A program made the position numbers and the translations under genes. A DNA stretch of 64,000 bases from Candidatus Micrarchaeota archaeon (GTDB lineage Archaea > Micrarchaeota > Micrarchaeia > Anstonellales > Bilamarchaeaceae), in NCBI GenBank assembly GCA_038046765.1, contig JBBSVN010000003.1, forward strand, positions 89,222 through 153,221. The letters run 5' to 3'. The notes beneath the pieces are model-generated. The model was not told the DNA's origin. It worked only from the letters and a program-made list of their open reading frames with translations, and did no database searches. Position 1 is the first letter of the stretch; each line of letters starts with the position of its first letter. Below are positions 37,155 to 46,447 of the stretch, piece by piece.

Positions 37155-37736
37155 TTAATTTGGAGTATGCGCTTTATCAATATCAGCTTTCTCAATTACC
37201 TGATCTAAAATCGGGGTAGTTGCATCATAAAAACGACCTAGTAATTTATGTAACTTGTGATCTAGATATCTAGCTAAAGCGATGGGTATAGTTCCACCAA
37301 ATACAAAAATGAATGCTGATGCATAAATTAGTTTACTACTTAATTGATTTGTAGTAAGTGCAGAATGTTTATCTAATTGTTTTGTTATAATTAAATAACC
37401 TAAAGAAATAGCACCTAGCAACATTATTGATGAACCTTTAAGCATCAAGAAAATATCTATTTTGTTGTAACTTTCAATTAATTTATTAATTTTATCGTGC
37501 AATTCTTGGGTTTGAGTTATCAAACTGAGTCTCACAGACCTAATTCTTAGAGGTTGATGAGCTGCTGAACTATTGCTAGTTAGGGAAGATATGTTTTCTA
37601 AGTTTTTCAACTCTTCTTCAACAGTTCTTTTTTCTTTGACAAAAGTTTTTATGCTTTCTAATAGAACAGAAATTCTGCCAAATCTTTTAACAGGAAGTTT
37701 AGTTTCTGATTGAGATTGTATATGTAACGTTTTCAT
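37155..37736 (-). CDS. Hypothetical 2-TM protein
   Basis: Coiled N-terminus and two hydrophobic segments. Confidence 0.6.
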   Translation of the reverse strand: MKTLHIQSQSETKLPVKRFGRISVLLESIKTFVKEKRTVEEELKNLENISSLTSNSSAAHQPLRIRSVRLSLITQTQELHDKINKLIESYNKIDIFLMLKGSSIMLLGAISLGYLIITKQLDKHSALTTNQLSSKLIYASAFIFVFGGTIPIALARYLDHKLHKLLGRFYDATTPILDQVIEKADIDKAHTPN

Positions 37737-37839
37737 AAATAAGAATACTCATCCAACCTTTAAATATCTATCGTTTTTTACCTTTTTTAGCGACTTTAAT
37801 TAAAATCCACTTAAAAATATAGAAGATAATAAATAGAAC

Positions 37840-37891
37840 GGTCAGTAGATTGACTGATTTTGGTGAGTTTTGGTCAGCAGATTGACCGATT
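37840..37891. repeat. Two 20-bp quasi-palindromic repeats, 32-bp period
   Basis: GGTCAGTAGATTGACTGATT (37840) and GGTCAGCAGATTGACCGATT (37872). Confidence 0.7.
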
Positions 37892-37909
37892 ATGGTTTTG
37901 ACAATTATT

Positions 37910-38731
37910 TTAAAGCCCGATTAAAGCCTTAATCAAAAATGGCAGTAAAGCAATAATTCCTATAATTAAAGTAAAGTAATAAAATTTAATCTTCTTAGCT
38001 AATTCAAGCATAAATGACATCATTAAATATGCACTTATTGTTGAAGCGATTATCCCAACTAAAATTACAGGAAAACTTAGGTTAAAACCATCTATAAAGT
38101 TAAAACCAAGTATTGCAAGAGCAATCATAGGGATACTCATGATAAAACTTAGTCTAACCGCTCGAACTTGATCAATATTAGAAAGTAATAGGGCAGATTC
38201 AGTTATCCCACTCCTACTTATACCGGGTAAAACTGCTAAGCCTTGAGCTAAACCAGTAAATATTGTTGTTTTAAGGTTAAGCTCCTTATTTCCTGTTTGT
38301 GCTTTTGAAAAATACATTATCGCACTCATTACAAGCATAATTAGACCAACAACTGCAAGAAATGTAGTTCCAGTTAATTCGCTAAAACTATCCTTTACAG
38401 ATAAATATAGTGGGAGCGCAACAATCGCAGTAAAAAATAATGAAATTATCATGAAGTAGAACAGACGTTTGTCTTCGCTTAAACTTGAAAAATTCTTTAG
38501 GTCTTCAACATCTGGCCTTATAAATAGCATAATAAAAAGTTCCTGCCTAAAAAGATAGATTGAAGCAATAAGATCTCCTATATGGACAATTATTGCAAAA
38601 GCTAGAAGGTCGTTAAAAGGTAAATTATAAAGAAGAGTGCCGAATAATAAAACTTGCGTCTTACTACTAACAGGTATCCACGCGCTAATTCCCTGAATTA
38701 TTCCTAATACTATTGCTTGAAAAATGTCCAT
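37910..38731 (-). CDS. uppP: Undecaprenyl-diphosphate phosphatase family
   Basis: LGIIQG...IPVSS, HIG, AQ.LA.LPGISRSG.T, SF.MSIP. Confidence 0.88.
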   Translation of the reverse strand: MDIFQAIVLGIIQGISAWIPVSSKTQVLLFGTLLYNLPFNDLLAFAIIVHIGDLIASIYLFRQELFIMLFIRPDVEDLKNFSSLSEDKRLFYFMIISLFFTAIVALPLYLSVKDSFSELTGTTFLAVVGLIMLVMSAIMYFSKAQTGNKELNLKTTIFTGLAQGLAVLPGISRSGITESALLLSNIDQVRAVRLSFIMSIPMIALAILGFNFIDGFNLSFPVILVGIIASTISAYLMMSFMLELAKKIKFYYFTLIIGIIALLPFLIKALIGL

Positions 38732-38782
38732 ATAAGAGATTATGACTAAAACTTTAAATAATATCTTTGGGCTTAAAAGATA

Positions 38783-40087
38783 ATGAATAAATTATTAGTA
38801 GTCTGTCATACGCATAGAGACCTAAAAGTTTTAAGAGATAAAGAAAAGTATCCGAATTGCAGATTCATTTTTAGAAATGACGCAGGCCTAAATAAACCGG
38901 AAAAGTTTGATATATTAGAACTCTTAAACCGATTAAAAGGAATCGCCAAGAACGCAGGTATTTGCGGAAGTTTTACTTCTGAGGATTATGTAGGCTCAGC
39001 CTTAAACAGCATACTTGCAGAAGAATCTGGTTTCTATGGTCCATCACCTAAATCAGTTTTTACAGCTCAACATAAGTATTATTCAAGGATTGCACAAAAA
39101 AGAATAAACGCCAAGGTTGTTCCGAATTTTCAAATAATTAATCCTCTTCAACCAGAACAAAGAGATATCGAATTAGAATTTCCTTTTTTTGTAAAACCAG
39201 TAAAATCATTTTTGTCAATAAATGCAAAAAGAGTAAATAGTTTTGAAGAACTAAGGAAATACTGTAAAAATGTTAAGGACCATACAGGCACATTTGTAAA
39301 ACCTTTTAACGATTTGCTAAAGAATTATGCCAATTTTGAATTTGATTGCAACTATTTTATTGCCGAGGAACTACTTACTGGAAATCAAATTACTGTAGAA
39401 GGATTTATCTTTAATAAAAATGTTGCTTTTATTGGAATCACGGACTCGATAATGTATCCAAAAACAATAAGTTTCAAAAGATTTGATTTACCATCTAAGC
39501 TAAGTAATGAAATTAAAAAAAGAATTGAAAAGATCGCAAAAGAATTAGTTCTTGGAATTGGATTTAACAATGGAATTTTTAACATAGAAATGTTTTATAA
39601 TGAAATTAAAGACGAATTAAAAATAATAGAAATAAATCCGAGAATGATATCACAGTTTTCGGACTTAGTAGAGAAAATAAATGGAACAAGTACATACGAT
39701 TTACAAGTTTCAATTTCGTTAGGTAAAAAACCCGAATTTATTGGAGAAAAAGGTAAATACAAAAAAGCAGCTAGTTTTATTATGCGAAAATTTGTTGACA
39801 GAAGAGTATTAAGAATTCCGAATAAACAGGAAATTTTGGCAATACATGAAAATTATCCTGATTCAAATGTTGAGGTTTTTGCAGAGCAGGGTAAAAAACT
39901 TTCAGAAGATATGAACGATATGGGAAGTTATAGGTATGCATCAGTAAATTTAGGTGCGAATAGTAGAAAGGAACTTTTTAATAAATACGCAAAAATAGAA
40001 ACTAACTTGGAAAAAAAGTTTATCTTTAAGGAACCAACTAGTTTTAGTGAGAAACTATTTAAGATATTTAGCATAGGTAAGAAGTAG
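38783..40087 (+). CDS. ATP-grasp domain protein
   Basis: HKYYSR, FPFFVKP, EE...G, NIEMF, IIEINPR. Confidence 0.85.
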   Translation: MNKLLVVCHTHRDLKVLRDKEKYPNCRFIFRNDAGLNKPEKFDILELLNRLKGIAKNAGICGSFTSEDYVGSALNSILAEESGFYGPSPKSVFTAQHKYYSRIAQKRINAKVVPNFQIINPLQPEQRDIELEFPFFVKPVKSFLSINAKRVNSFEELRKYCKNVKDHTGTFVKPFNDLLKNYANFEFDCNYFIAEELLTGNQITVEGFIFNKNVAFIGITDSIMYPKTISFKRFDLPSKLSNEIKKRIEKIAKELVLGIGFNNGIFNIEMFYNEIKDELKIIEINPRMISQFSDLVEKINGTSTYDLQVSISLGKKPEFIGEKGKYKKAASFIMRKFVDRRVLRIPNKQEILAIHENYPDSNVEVFAEQGKKLSEDMNDMGSYRYASVNLGANSRKELFNKYAKIETNLEKKFIFKEPTSFSEKLFKIFSIGKK

Positions 40088-40096
40088 AATAAAAAT

Positions 40097-40170
40097 CGGG
40101 CTCGGCGTGATTTGAACGCGCGACCTACGGATTAAAAGTCCGGCGCTCTACCAAGCTGAGCTACGAGCCC
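40097..40170 (-). tRNA. tRNA-Lys(UUU)
   Basis: GGGCTCGTAGCTCAGCTTGGTAGAGCGCCGGACTTTTAATCCG...GTTCAAATC...CGAGCCCG; no encoded CCA; one C-A mismatch in the T stem. Confidence 0.93.
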
Positions 40171-40229
40171 TTGTATAAACTTATGCCATTCTGCTTACTA
40201 AGAAAAAAGTATTCTTCTTATTATAAACC

Positions 40230-40345
40230 AGAAGGATCCAGTGAACAGAATAACAGTTCACTAGCCATTCAACTTGCAGTTGAATGCGCGACATTAAATG
40301 CCATTCGAACGGTCGCGTCAGCCATCGTCTAAAGTATAGACTAAA
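40230..40345 (-). ncRNA. Putative multi-hairpin structured RNA
   Basis: Four consecutive stems: GTCTA/TAGAC, CGCGAC/GTCGCG, CATTCAAC/GTTGAATG, AGTGAAC/GTTCACT; G-U pairs favour the minus strand. Confidence 0.5.
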
Positions 40346-40418
40346 CAAATTAGTATAACAATTATCTAAAGAATGATTTAAAAAGCTTCTAGAAAAGAAA
40401 AGAAAGAAAGAAAACTAA

Positions 40419-40453
40419 GGGCTACTTGCCACAGGCTACTGGCTAACGGCTAA
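40419..40453 (-). repeat. Five tandem degenerate heptamers after the glnA stop
   Basis: TTAGCCG TTAGCCA GTAGCCT GTGGCAA GTAGCCC, followed by a T-rich tract on the minus strand. Confidence 0.65.
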
Positions 40454-41881
40454 TTACACATCATGATACAAATGATATTCCCAAGGGTGTGGTCTTAGAT
40501 TAACCTGATTTATTTCATCTTCTTTTCTCTCAATCCAGGTTTCGATTACATCCTTAGTAAATACATCGCCTTCCAATAAGAATTTATGATCACTTTGCAA
40601 CTCTTCTAAAGCTTCTTTTAAGCTTCCCGGAAGTTTTCTTATTTGTGCTAATTTTTCTTTAGGTAGTTTATACAAGTTTGTATCAACCGGTTCAGGTGGC
40701 ATAGTCTTTCGTTTTATACCATCAAGCCCAGCCATCAAAAGTGCAGAAAATACTAAGTAGGGATTAGCACTTGGGTCAGGACATCTGAATTCTACACGAA
40801 CAGCTTTTTCACTTTCAACTACTGGAACTCTTACTGAAGCGCTTCGATTTCTATGACTATAAACTAAATTTACGGGTGCTTCGAAACCAGGAACCAATCG
40901 CTTATACGAATTAGTTGTAGGACTGCAAATTGCTGCTAATGAACGAGCATGTTCTAATAATCCACCGATATAGTAAATGGCAGTCTGACTTAACTTCCCG
41001 TATTTATCTTCTCCACCATAGAAAAGATTTTTACCATCTTTCCAGATACTTTGATGAACATGCATACCGCTCCCATTATCACCGAACAATGGCTTTGGCA
41101 TAAAAGTTGCAATTTTACCGTTTTCCCTTGCAGTGTTCTTTACAACGTATTTGTAAATTTGTGTATCATCAGCTGCGTTCACTAAAGTATCAAACCTTAA
41201 TCCGATTTCGCACTGGCCAGCTGTTGCAACTTCATGATGGTGCTTTTCAACATTAAGTCCGCAGTCCATCATGTTCATGATCATTTCATTTCTTAGGTCG
41301 TGCGTAGCATCGTGAGGTGGTACTGGGAAATAACCTTCTTTGTGCCTTGGTTTATAAGCTAAATTAGGTTTTCCATCTTGACTTTCGTTTCCTGAATTCC
41401 ATATACCTTCGCTCGAATCAATAAAGTAATAACCTGAATTTGAGTTTTGTGCGTATCGTAAGTCATCAAATATGAAAAACTCAGCTTCTGGACCAAAGTA
41501 TACTGTGTCTCCAACGTCAGCTGTTTTTAGATAATTTTGAGCCTTTTTAGCAATAACTCTTGAGTCTCTTGAGTAGAATTGTTTTTTTATCGGATCAAAT
41601 ACATCGCAAATTACGCTTAATGTATTACCCGTAAATGGATCGACAAAAGCAGATTCATAATCTGGAATTAGGTACATATCGCTTTCATCGATTTCTTGAA
41701 AACCGCGAATAGATGAACCATCAAATGGAAATGATTCCTTTGGATTAAATTCGACCATTTTAATTGGCATTGTAAAATGCTGCCACTGTCCATGCAAATC
41801 AGCAAATTTTATATCGACTAATTGACATTCGTTTTTCTCTGCCATTTCTTTGGCTCTGGCTCCCGCATCGACTTGTGTCAT
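40454..41881 (-). CDS. glnA: Glutamine synthetase type I
   Basis: FDGSSI, GPEAEFF, HHHEVATAGQCE, TFMPKP.FGDNGSGMH, NSYKRLVPGFEAP, EFRCPD. Confidence 0.98.
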   Translation of the reverse strand: MTQVDAGARAKEMAEKNECQLVDIKFADLHGQWQHFTMPIKMVEFNPKESFPFDGSSIRGFQEIDESDMYLIPDYESAFVDPFTGNTLSVICDVFDPIKKQFYSRDSRVIAKKAQNYLKTADVGDTVYFGPEAEFFIFDDLRYAQNSNSGYYFIDSSEGIWNSGNESQDGKPNLAYKPRHKEGYFPVPPHDATHDLRNEMIMNMMDCGLNVEKHHHEVATAGQCEIGLRFDTLVNAADDTQIYKYVVKNTARENGKIATFMPKPLFGDNGSGMHVHQSIWKDGKNLFYGGEDKYGKLSQTAIYYIGGLLEHARSLAAICSPTTNSYKRLVPGFEAPVNLVYSHRNRSASVRVPVVESEKAVRVEFRCPDPSANPYLVFSALLMAGLDGIKRKTMPPEPVDTNLYKLPKEKLAQIRKLPGSLKEALEELQSDHKFLLEGDVFTKDVIETWIERKEDEINQVNLRPHPWEYHLYHDV

Positions 41882-41983
41882 AAAACCTACCCCTTTTTAT
41901 ATCATTAAAAATAGCTTTGGTTAGTTATTGCGGGTAAATTTTATAAGGTTTATGGGTGAAAGAAAATTCACTTGGTATTTGTA

Positions 41984-43729
41984 TTATCCTTCAATGTAAC
42001 TTTCAGCCAAAGCCGCAGCTGCTTGAAATTGGGTTGTTTGGGAATAAGAATGTGCAAGAATATCCTTCAATAGTTGAATTCTATCTTTGTTATGATTATC
42101 AATTAGATCAGAATCATCAGCATACGCAATTATTTTATGATTTGATTTAATCCTTTGTCTTAAATCTGGTAAACCGTCATTACCTTCGATTTCAAATCTA
42201 GTAACCCTACTTATATCGACGACCTTTGATAGCGCATCTGCAAGAATTGCCTCTCCATAAAGCGTCACATACATATCTTTTGAAGTACCTGCTGTATCGG
42301 AAACATACCTTAGGGGCACTAAGAAAGGTGGTGAATCAGTGTGACCACCTTGCTTGTTTAATTTATCCCATACTACTGCGCGGGCACGAAGTCGTCGTAA
42401 AAATTCTTGAGGAAGCTCCAATCTTTCCGTGATACCATAAGCACGAGAAAATCTTTCGATATCTTTGTTTACATGATTGCTAGCGCCGTCTTCCCAAGTA
42501 TCCCTATCGCTGTGTCTTCTTATTTGCGCTTCAACTAAAAATTCTGTTTTAAAATCGCTTGATAAAGATACGGGAGCTTTAAAAATTACGAAAGTAGCTT
42601 TGTTGTTACCTATATTACTCGGCTTTACTACTGCTGGCTCATGAACAGTAAACTTATGCGAACCTAAGAAATCGATTAAAAGTTTTGTAACTTCGGCTGG
42701 ATCGGCATCATCTTTAATCTCAAGTCTAAGTCTAACTTGGTCCTTCATAGCCATTCTAAAGTTATCTGCATTAAATGTTGAACCGATTTCTTTTTGTTTA
42801 TCATAGTATGCTTTTAATACTGCATTTTCTGGTTCTTTTATTCCCATTGAAAAATCTTCGACTTTAGACATAAGCTGATCAAACTTTTCATTTTGGCTAT
42901 TTGAATTCTTAAATAAGTCGAGTAATTTTCCATGAATCATTTCCAGTGAATCAGCCCACTGTTCACGCATTAAGTGATTTATCTTATTAAACCAATCTCG
43001 GCTTGCGAATAGAGCGACCATTCTTTTTAATCTTCTAATTGTGTTAATAAATATTTCTGCAGTTTCAAAATCTTTTTTTGTCCATTCTGCAATTGGTTTA
43101 TATATTAAGGCAGCTGGAGCTGGATAGTGTAGTGTAGTATCTTCTTTTAAGTGAGCATTTTTTAATATTTTATTAAGATATCCTTTGGGATACCTGGCTA
43201 AATCAGCTAATGTTTGTTGTCTAATTATGTCCTCTCCACCTAGAGCAGATATGACCCTAACATATCTAGGAAAACTATCATGAATATGCTTCCCTCTTTC
43301 ACGAGCAGAAACTATTTCTCTGTCCATTCTAGCAAGTAATTCTAATCTTCCGGTGTGTGTTCCTCTTAAAATTGCAAGGATTTCATTTGGACTGGAGCCT
43401 AAATCTTTTCTAACTGAAGTAGTACCCAAAAAAGTCTCAAATTCAGATAGAAAATTGTGCCACTTGTTTTCTTCCCCTGGTTTGTATGGTACAAAACTTT
43501 GGAAAAAACACAATGCAGATAATTGTTCATTACCAGTTATAGCCTGAACTTTAGAAGCAGTTCGAGTTAAGTGAAATAGATGCTCTTCGCTAAATTTACC
43601 TTTAGACCTAGTCGCTAGAAATTGATTTCCTACACCCATAACGTCCAGTAATACATGGCCATTCCTAAATCTGGTCTGAACTAGCGTCGTGTCTCTTACA
43701 ACTTCTTTTAATTGCGTTATTGGAGGCAT
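41984..43729 (-). CDS. Highly diverged long RelA/SpoT homologue (HD-SYNTH-TGS-like)
   Basis: HL..TA..V....LSALCFFQ (eroded HD), LIYKPIAE (cf. IYAPLA), DQVRLR, VEAQIRR, WEDGASNH, TGS-like LYGEAILAD. Confidence 0.6.
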   Translation of the reverse strand: MPPITQLKEVVRDTTLVQTRFRNGHVLLDVMGVGNQFLATRSKGKFSEEHLFHLTRTASKVQAITGNEQLSALCFFQSFVPYKPGEENKWHNFLSEFETFLGTTSVRKDLGSSPNEILAILRGTHTGRLELLARMDREIVSARERGKHIHDSFPRYVRVISALGGEDIIRQQTLADLARYPKGYLNKILKNAHLKEDTTLHYPAPAALIYKPIAEWTKKDFETAEIFINTIRRLKRMVALFASRDWFNKINHLMREQWADSLEMIHGKLLDLFKNSNSQNEKFDQLMSKVEDFSMGIKEPENAVLKAYYDKQKEIGSTFNADNFRMAMKDQVRLRLEIKDDADPAEVTKLLIDFLGSHKFTVHEPAVVKPSNIGNNKATFVIFKAPVSLSSDFKTEFLVEAQIRRHSDRDTWEDGASNHVNKDIERFSRAYGITERLELPQEFLRRLRARAVVWDKLNKQGGHTDSPPFLVPLRYVSDTAGTSKDMYVTLYGEAILADALSKVVDISRVTRFEIEGNDGLPDLRQRIKSNHKIIAYADDSDLIDNHNKDRIQLLKDILAHSYSQTTQFQAAAALAESYIEG

Positions 43730-43941
43730 AAGATCTACCAGAAACTAAATTGTACTGAATTTATTTGTAAATATGTTAATGTTACAAAATATTTAAAAAT
43801 GCGATAGCTATACTAACTATTGACAAAGACAACAAATAAACGAATTATTTATAAATTAGGGATTAGTATTAAAATACATGATGAAGAAAAATTCACTTAT
43901 ATAATATTTAATAAAGTAAAAAATAATTTTAGGTTGATCAA

Positions 43942-44322
43942 ATGGCAGATAGTTTAGATAGTTATTGTTCAACATTTTTCTTAGCCTTGGCAAACCCCTT
44001 AAGAATAAAGATACTTCAGGAATTAGTAAAAGGATCACTTAGCGTTAATGAAATTTCAATTAAAACAAAAGCTGAGCGGACACTAGTATCACACAATCTT
44101 GCTTTGTTATCTAAAGCAGAACTAGTAAAACATAATAAAGAAGGTAGAATTAGAAGGTACTCTGCTAATTTGGAACTTGTTTTACCGGTTTTTAGTTTTA
44201 TGAATGGAGTTGTCTGTGCAAATTGCAGTTTAAGAAAAACTTGTGAAAACCTGAAAGAAGTTGCTAGTATGCACGTCGTAAGAGAAAATCCAAGAGACCC
44301 TTGTAAAAATTGTTTAAGATGA
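43942..44322 (+). CDS. ArsR/SmtB regulator with Cys-rich C-terminus
   Basis: ALANP.R..IL..L, SV.EI, VSHNL..L, EGR.R.Y; CANC...C...CKNC. Confidence 0.88.
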   Translation: MADSLDSYCSTFFLALANPLRIKILQELVKGSLSVNEISIKTKAERTLVSHNLALLSKAELVKHNKEGRIRRYSANLELVLPVFSFMNGVVCANCSLRKTCENLKEVASMHVVRENPRDPCKNCLR

Positions 44323-44326
44323 TTTA

Positions 44327-45235
44327 ATGGTTCTTTGTATAATCGCAGCAATCGTATTCTCAATTTTAGGAATTTTTTCAGCTAAGTACAGACTAATCGC
44401 TAAAGAATCATTAAAATGCGTATTTAAAATGATAACCCTTAAACCTTGCGACACAGGTTTAGATGACCAATTAAAGGCTCAAATAGTTTCTGAACTTATG
44501 AAACTCTCACCGTTTGCTGCTAAAATTGTAAACAAATATTTTGTAGTCTTTTCATGGATTTTAGTAATTTTAACTTTTGCAAGTTTTGCTTACATGATTT
44601 ATGGAGCTTATAACTTCTATTATTATGGAAACTGTGATGGCCCAACTGCAACTGGCGCTTGTATACTAAATGATTTAACAGGAGATTATGGGAGATTTAG
44701 TTCCCCAAGAGATTTGATTCCACCAACTACTAAACTTGGAATAGTCGCAGGAAACAATAGCGCAAAAATAACAGTTATAGAATTTGGATGCTTTACTTGC
44801 CCGTATACTAAAAATGCAGAACCGCTTGTTCAGGAACTTCTAAAGAAATATTCTGATAAGATTTATTATGTATTTAAGCCATTTCCCCTTCCAAACCACC
44901 AGAATAGTTTTGATGTAGCTAAAGCAATTTTATGCGCAAATAAGCAAGGCAAACAATGGGAACTAAGAAACAAGGTATTTGAAAAACAAGAAGCTTGTGT
45001 TGCTGATGGTGAAGTTAAAATAAAGGAACTTGCTGCGAATACTACTTTGAACATGACACGATTTAACCAGTGCTTTGATAAAGGAGAAACTGAAACTGAG
45101 CTTAATGGATATATTGCAGAAGGAAAGGCTTCAAATATTTATGCAACCCCAACATTTTTCATAAACGGTAAACCATTAGTAGGTCCAAAATCCTTTGATG
45201 AGATTGAAAAATTAATAAAACAAGAAGGAGGTTAA
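44327..45235 (+). CDS. Membrane-anchored DsbA/thioredoxin-fold protein
   Basis: N-terminal TMs; IEFGCFTCPYT, FPLPNH, ATPTFFING. Confidence 0.85.
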   Translation: MVLCIIAAIVFSILGIFSAKYRLIAKESLKCVFKMITLKPCDTGLDDQLKAQIVSELMKLSPFAAKIVNKYFVVFSWILVILTFASFAYMIYGAYNFYYYGNCDGPTATGACILNDLTGDYGRFSSPRDLIPPTTKLGIVAGNNSAKITVIEFGCFTCPYTKNAEPLVQELLKKYSDKIYYVFKPFPLPNHQNSFDVAKAILCANKQGKQWELRNKVFEKQEACVADGEVKIKELAANTTLNMTRFNQCFDKGETETELNGYIAEGKASNIYATPTFFINGKPLVGPKSFDEIEKLIKQEGG

Positions 45236-45239
45236 AATA

Positions 45240-46433
45240 ATGGATTTTGATATTCGAAAGGATTTTCCTCTTTTAGAAAAATATCCGCAATTAATCTACT
45301 TAGATAGTGCTTGCACATCATTAAAACCAAGGCAGGTTATTGATGCCCAAATTTCTTATTATACCGAATTAGGCGCTTGTGGAGGAAGAAGTTCACATTT
45401 TTTAGGAAGAAAAACTAGTGAGAAAATAGAAGAGTCACGCGAGAAAATCTTGGAATTTTTAGGTGCCAAAGGACAGGAGCTGATTTTTGCAAAGAATACT
45501 ACTGAAGGATTAAACATCGTAATTAATGGACTTGATTATTCTAAAAGAAATAAGATTGTTACAACAGTTATTGAACATCACGCAATTCTTTTACCTTTAA
45601 TGAAATTAAGGGATGACGGAAAAATAAAACTAGAAATTTTAATGTGTGATAACGAAGGTAAAGTAAGCCTTGAACAATGGAAAAACGCAATTGACAAACA
45701 AACTGCGCTTGTAATTACTAACAGCGCAAATAATACTACAGGTTTTAACCAAAATACAAAACAAATTACAAAAATCGCGCATGATAATGGTGCTTTAATT
45801 TGCGTAGATGGAGCACAGGGCGTAGCCCACCATAAAACAGAATTTTCTAAGGACAACTATGATTTTCTTTGTTTTTCTGGGCATAAAATGCTAGGTCCAA
45901 ACGGAATTGGAGGATTAGTTTGCAAAAAAGAAAACCTACAAAAACTAAAACCATTTGTACTTGGAGGGGGAACTGTGAAAACAGTAACGCTAGATAAGGT
46001 AGAATACTTAACGAACCATGAAAAATTTGAAGCGGGAGTTCAGAATTATCCTGGAATAATTGGACTAACTAGTGCTTGCGAATATTTGAAAAAACTTAAA
46101 ATGGAAAATGTAGAAAAGTACGAGCGGGAACTTGCAAAGGAAATGTTGGACGTACTTGAACAAAACGATGCGATTATTTATGGATCAAAAACGCTTGAAA
46201 ATCATTCTGCTTTGTTTTCATTTGGAATAAAAGGTGCTAGAGCGCACGATGTTGCATTAATGCTAGATCAGCAAAACATCGCAGTTAGAAGCGGATTCTT
46301 TTGCGCACAACCTGCTATGGAGGCGATTGGAGCAAAGGATGGCGCAGTTAGAGCTAGTTGTTATATTTATAATACCAAAGAAGAAATTAGAAAATTTAGT
46401 CAAGCACTTACTAAATTAAAAGCGCTTTATTAG
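45240..46433 (+). CDS. sufS: Class V PLP aminotransferase, SufS/CsdA cysteine desulfurase-like
   Basis: YLDSA.TSLKP, NTTEG.N, EHH, VDGAQ, FSGHKMLGP, RSG..CA. Confidence 0.88.
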   Translation: MDFDIRKDFPLLEKYPQLIYLDSACTSLKPRQVIDAQISYYTELGACGGRSSHFLGRKTSEKIEESREKILEFLGAKGQELIFAKNTTEGLNIVINGLDYSKRNKIVTTVIEHHAILLPLMKLRDDGKIKLEILMCDNEGKVSLEQWKNAIDKQTALVITNSANNTTGFNQNTKQITKIAHDNGALICVDGAQGVAHHKTEFSKDNYDFLCFSGHKMLGPNGIGGLVCKKENLQKLKPFVLGGGTVKTVTLDKVEYLTNHEKFEAGVQNYPGIIGLTSACEYLKKLKMENVEKYERELAKEMLDVLEQNDAIIYGSKTLENHSALFSFGIKGARAHDVALMLDQQNIAVRSGFFCAQPAMEAIGAKDGAVRASCYIYNTKEEIRKFSQALTKLKALY

Positions 46434-46447
46434 TTGGAGGTGTTATT

